IMG/VR virus record: IMGVR_UViG_3300020044_003817
Location: 1-25,178 of that record
Reading direction: 5' to 3' (one strand)
Source: a virus
Lineage: Duplodnaviria; Caudoviricetes
Length of the DNA: 25,178 bases
Each line of letters opens with the position of its first letter. Position 1 is the stretch's first letter. The translations under genes and the position numbers were made by a program. This document shows positions 25,146 through 25,178 of this stretch, one piece after another. The notes below the pieces were generated by a model, which saw nothing but the letters and a program-made list of their open reading frames with translations, did no database searches and was not told where the DNA came from.

Positions 25146-25178
25146 CAGTTACACTCAACAAACTAATCCTGTAGGAGG

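Noticed and set aside
25148-25178. Genome terminus or attachment site at the window end
   Set aside because: The sequence ends with TACACT...AGGAGG, which looks like a promoter/SD for a gene beyond the window. No terminal repeat matching the window start is visible.

Overview
This is a 25 kb, entirely + strand segment of a tailed dsDNA phage with an HK97-type head and a siphovirus-type tail. The host is most likely an actinobacterium: there is a WhiB gene and many leaderless-type starts, and the GC looks moderate by eye, which would fit a freshwater actinobacterial phage (inference). The head region runs: N-truncated portal, a 5-gene fibre-like cassette, a multi-domain prohead protease, the major capsid protein and three glycosyltransferase-type genes. 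The tail region runs: connector, tail terminator, tail tube, tail assembly chaperone with a -1 frameshift, a gp10-like gene, an inserted primase-polymerase-like gene, tape measure and minor tail/fibre genes. After that come holin, M15 endolysin and a membrane protein, an HTH-like gene with a metallophosphoesterase, a secreted transglycosylase, WhiB, resolvase, PD-(D/E)XK exonuclease, an SSB-like gene and a chain of small translationally coupled ORFs. I saw no terminase, integrase, tRNA, CRISPR array or reverse transcriptase. The most interesting unexplained signals are: (1) a CCTGCG motif in most longer intergenic/leader regions, with its complement in the loop of a perfect 13-bp hairpin after the capsid gene; (2) structured leaders/sRNA candidates with anti-Shine-Dalgarno loops; (3) a HiPIP-like 4-Cys module fused ahead of the prohead protease, which also has an internal leaderless start; (4) an overprinted gene pair; (5) a stand-alone prim-pol gene with its own promoter inside the tail operon; and (6) sharp G+T/A+C compositional blocks that ignore gene boundaries. 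All functional calls come from motif recognition by eye, with no database searches.
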